NCBI GenBank assembly: GCA_002256025.1
Contig: NKIB01002172.1
Location: forward strand, 62,001-126,000
Length of the DNA stretch: 64,000 bases
Reading direction: 5' to 3'
Origin: Asterionella formosa
Taxonomy: Eukaryota
The notes beneath the pieces are model-generated. The model was not told the origin of the DNA. It did not search any database and worked only from the letters and a program-made list of their open reading frames with translations. How positions within the stretch are numbered: position 1 is the stretch's first letter; each line of letters begins with the position of its first letter. Below are positions 61,936-64,000 of this stretch, in pieces. A program made the position numbers and the translations under genes.

Positions 61936-62417
61936 GTGCCACAGGGTTCGATGCGAACTGAAATACACCTTTGTTAACAAGTCTACTGATTTTAGGATTT
62001 ACTTCACAAGGCTTTGAATCTTCTTCGTTAACAAAAAGAATGGATTAAATAATGCATCCTCGCCCGGCAAGCTATGATGACAGCCTCATTATTAGTAAAC
62101 AATGTCTATACTACTGTATATTACCGGTAATAGAGAAAGTCACGCAAAATGCAGGACCAAACTTTCCTTGTAAGTATCAAATGATGATACTTTGGGTACC
62201 TGGTACCAGGTATAGCAAACGGACTTGAATGTTTGCTACTCAAGGAGTCACTACCTGGTAGTCTCGTACAAAAAATTTTCCACAACAAAAATGCAAAGCA
62301 TTTAGACGAAGCATGACAACATAATATCCTTTGACATGATAAAAGCACATTTGCAATAGGAAACTTCATTCTATTTACAACGGGGGAGTTCTCATTCCTC
62401 GTCTGATGTCGACACAT

Positions 62418-63283
62418 TTAAAGACCAGCGTTGAAACCAGAGGGATGGGCAAGAAGACTGTTGATAATGTAAGGATCGCCTCCCATCTTTTCGTGAACCA
62501 TCAATGCAAGAATGCCCATCTGAGCTGCACGTCCTTGGTTGAGTTCAATAGCCCTCTTGTTAATCTTTTCTTCCGCAGTGAAACGATCCCATCCAAAGTC
62601 ATGGATTTCATTGGTGAAATCTCCAGGGAATTCAGCAGTTCCCTTGACATCCTTCATGATAAAGACTTCCAAAAAACCAATAAACGCAATGATTTGCGCA
62701 AGTCCGGCGGCTGGGACATCCGAAAGGCCCGCCAAACCAGACTTGATGCTGGCAAAGCTAGTTCCACTGTAGTCAATGTCACCAGCGAGGCGGAATCCAC
62801 TGGAGGTGGTAATATGACCGAGCACAGCAAGCATGGCGATACGTCCGTGCTTCACTTCAACATAACGCAACCGATCGAAACGTGCTTGGTCAGCATCGTT
62901 GAGGAGGCCCAACGGATCCCAGGCTTCGCCACCAAAGTTCAAAGGAACTTGCACACCAACCTAGTGTGTTGGTAGTAGTTCGAAAGCAAAGGGCAGAGGA
63001 TTGCGAGAGGTTAGGAATCAACGTTCATAGCGCAGCTTCTGATTTTCAAAGCGTTCACAATAGTCTAGTATCGGAAGTTAATTCCAGAACCAGAACAAGG
63101 TCGAAGGGCATGGATTATTTTTGCTCGTCATATTATTAAAAAACATAAAGGGAGCAAATCACAAAAAACAAAACGTACCTCCTTATCAAAAGCCCCGGAA
63201 AGAGCAGTCGTAGACTGAGCAGTCTTGGATGGAGCGAAGGCAACAGTGCCGGCAATGAGGGAAGCAAAAACGGCAGTCTTCAT
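62418..63283 (-). CDS. Lhcf: Fucoxanthin-chlorophyll a/c binding protein; exons 63283-63179 and 62960-62418
   Basis: MKTAVFASLIAGTVA|FAP presequence; phase-0 intron 63178-62961; WDPLG, RLRYVEVKHGRIAMLA, ELNQGRAAQMGILALMVHE. Confidence 0.96.
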
Positions 63284-64000
63284 GGTAAAATCTTCAGAAA
63301 AGAGTGCGAGAATGGCAAATCTTTTTCCAGTAGTGGACCTTCAACTAACCTTCAGATAAATTATCCCCTCCTTTTAAATTGGGCTGAATCATGTTGTCTA
63401 ATGTTTAGGTCGTGTACCGGTACGACGATAAAAAACCGGTACTGATAAAGACCACTCCTTCTGCAAGATACACCGGACTAACAATTGCCTTTATAAGCTA
63501 AAAATATATATTATCAAGGATTCACAAATTTACATAGGAATTCACTTCTCACACCATGACGTGCAAAATTTTGTCTGATATCCAAAAACTTCATCAAAAT
63601 CAGGGTTCACTCTTGCAGTTGCAGGGAAGGTGCTCAAGAAATGATTACCAAGAATTCCATATTTTTCATAGCTAGAGTTACAATTTTGACTAGTACTATC
63701 ATACTCCCGAATTTGCAATGGAGTCAAAATTGGGAGGAAAATTTAGGATTAGTTTACAATTTTTCAGTCTGAAAGGCAAAATGTGTGGTTAGTTCCCTGG
63801 CATCTTGTTTTTGCTCGATTTTGTACCACATGTCGTGAAGTGCTCCATGTGATTGATTTTGCCCAGCACCAGAGGGAGGAGTACTACCAGCCAGGTGGTA
63901 CTAGCTACCAGGTACCTGGTACCACGACCTAAAAATTGAGAGTCAACCTTATGGGTTCTTTTTTAAGACTGAGAGTCATCCTTTAACAGGGTAATCACAA

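Overview
Eukaryotic nuclear DNA, almost certainly from a diatom: it has an FCP/Lhcf antenna gene, bipartite signal-plus-ASAFAP-type plastid presequences and short GT-AG introns. About 17 likely functional genes lie among decayed transposons and pseudogenes. Genes include an AFG3-type m-AAA protease, adenosine kinase, a LYR protein, a SelF-like protein, PLPBP/YggS, a DnaJ-type Zn finger, ASNSD1, a plastid-type UDP-sugar pyrophosphorylase, GT11- and GT92-like glycosyltransferases, an NTF2-like protein, dienelactone hydrolase and Lhcf. Most notable observations: (1) an ~88-bp MITE family, plus a 509-bp relative, making CWG target duplications in ACCWGGT/GTACCWGGTAC palindromes, the same motif that forms dense intergenic arrays across the window; (2) a TGT...ACA solo-LTR-like family with perfect 6-bp TSDs; (3) a V-ATPase proteolipid C-terminus lacking the TM4 glutamate and carrying a ~30-aa loop insertion; (4) a secreted protein fusing six Cys-rich CxGxxGxxCP...CVDDP modules to a potato-inhibitor-I domain; (5) a SelF homologue without CxU; (6) sharply bounded CpG-depleted domains that extend into genes. 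All assignments come from motif recognition by eye; no database searches were run.
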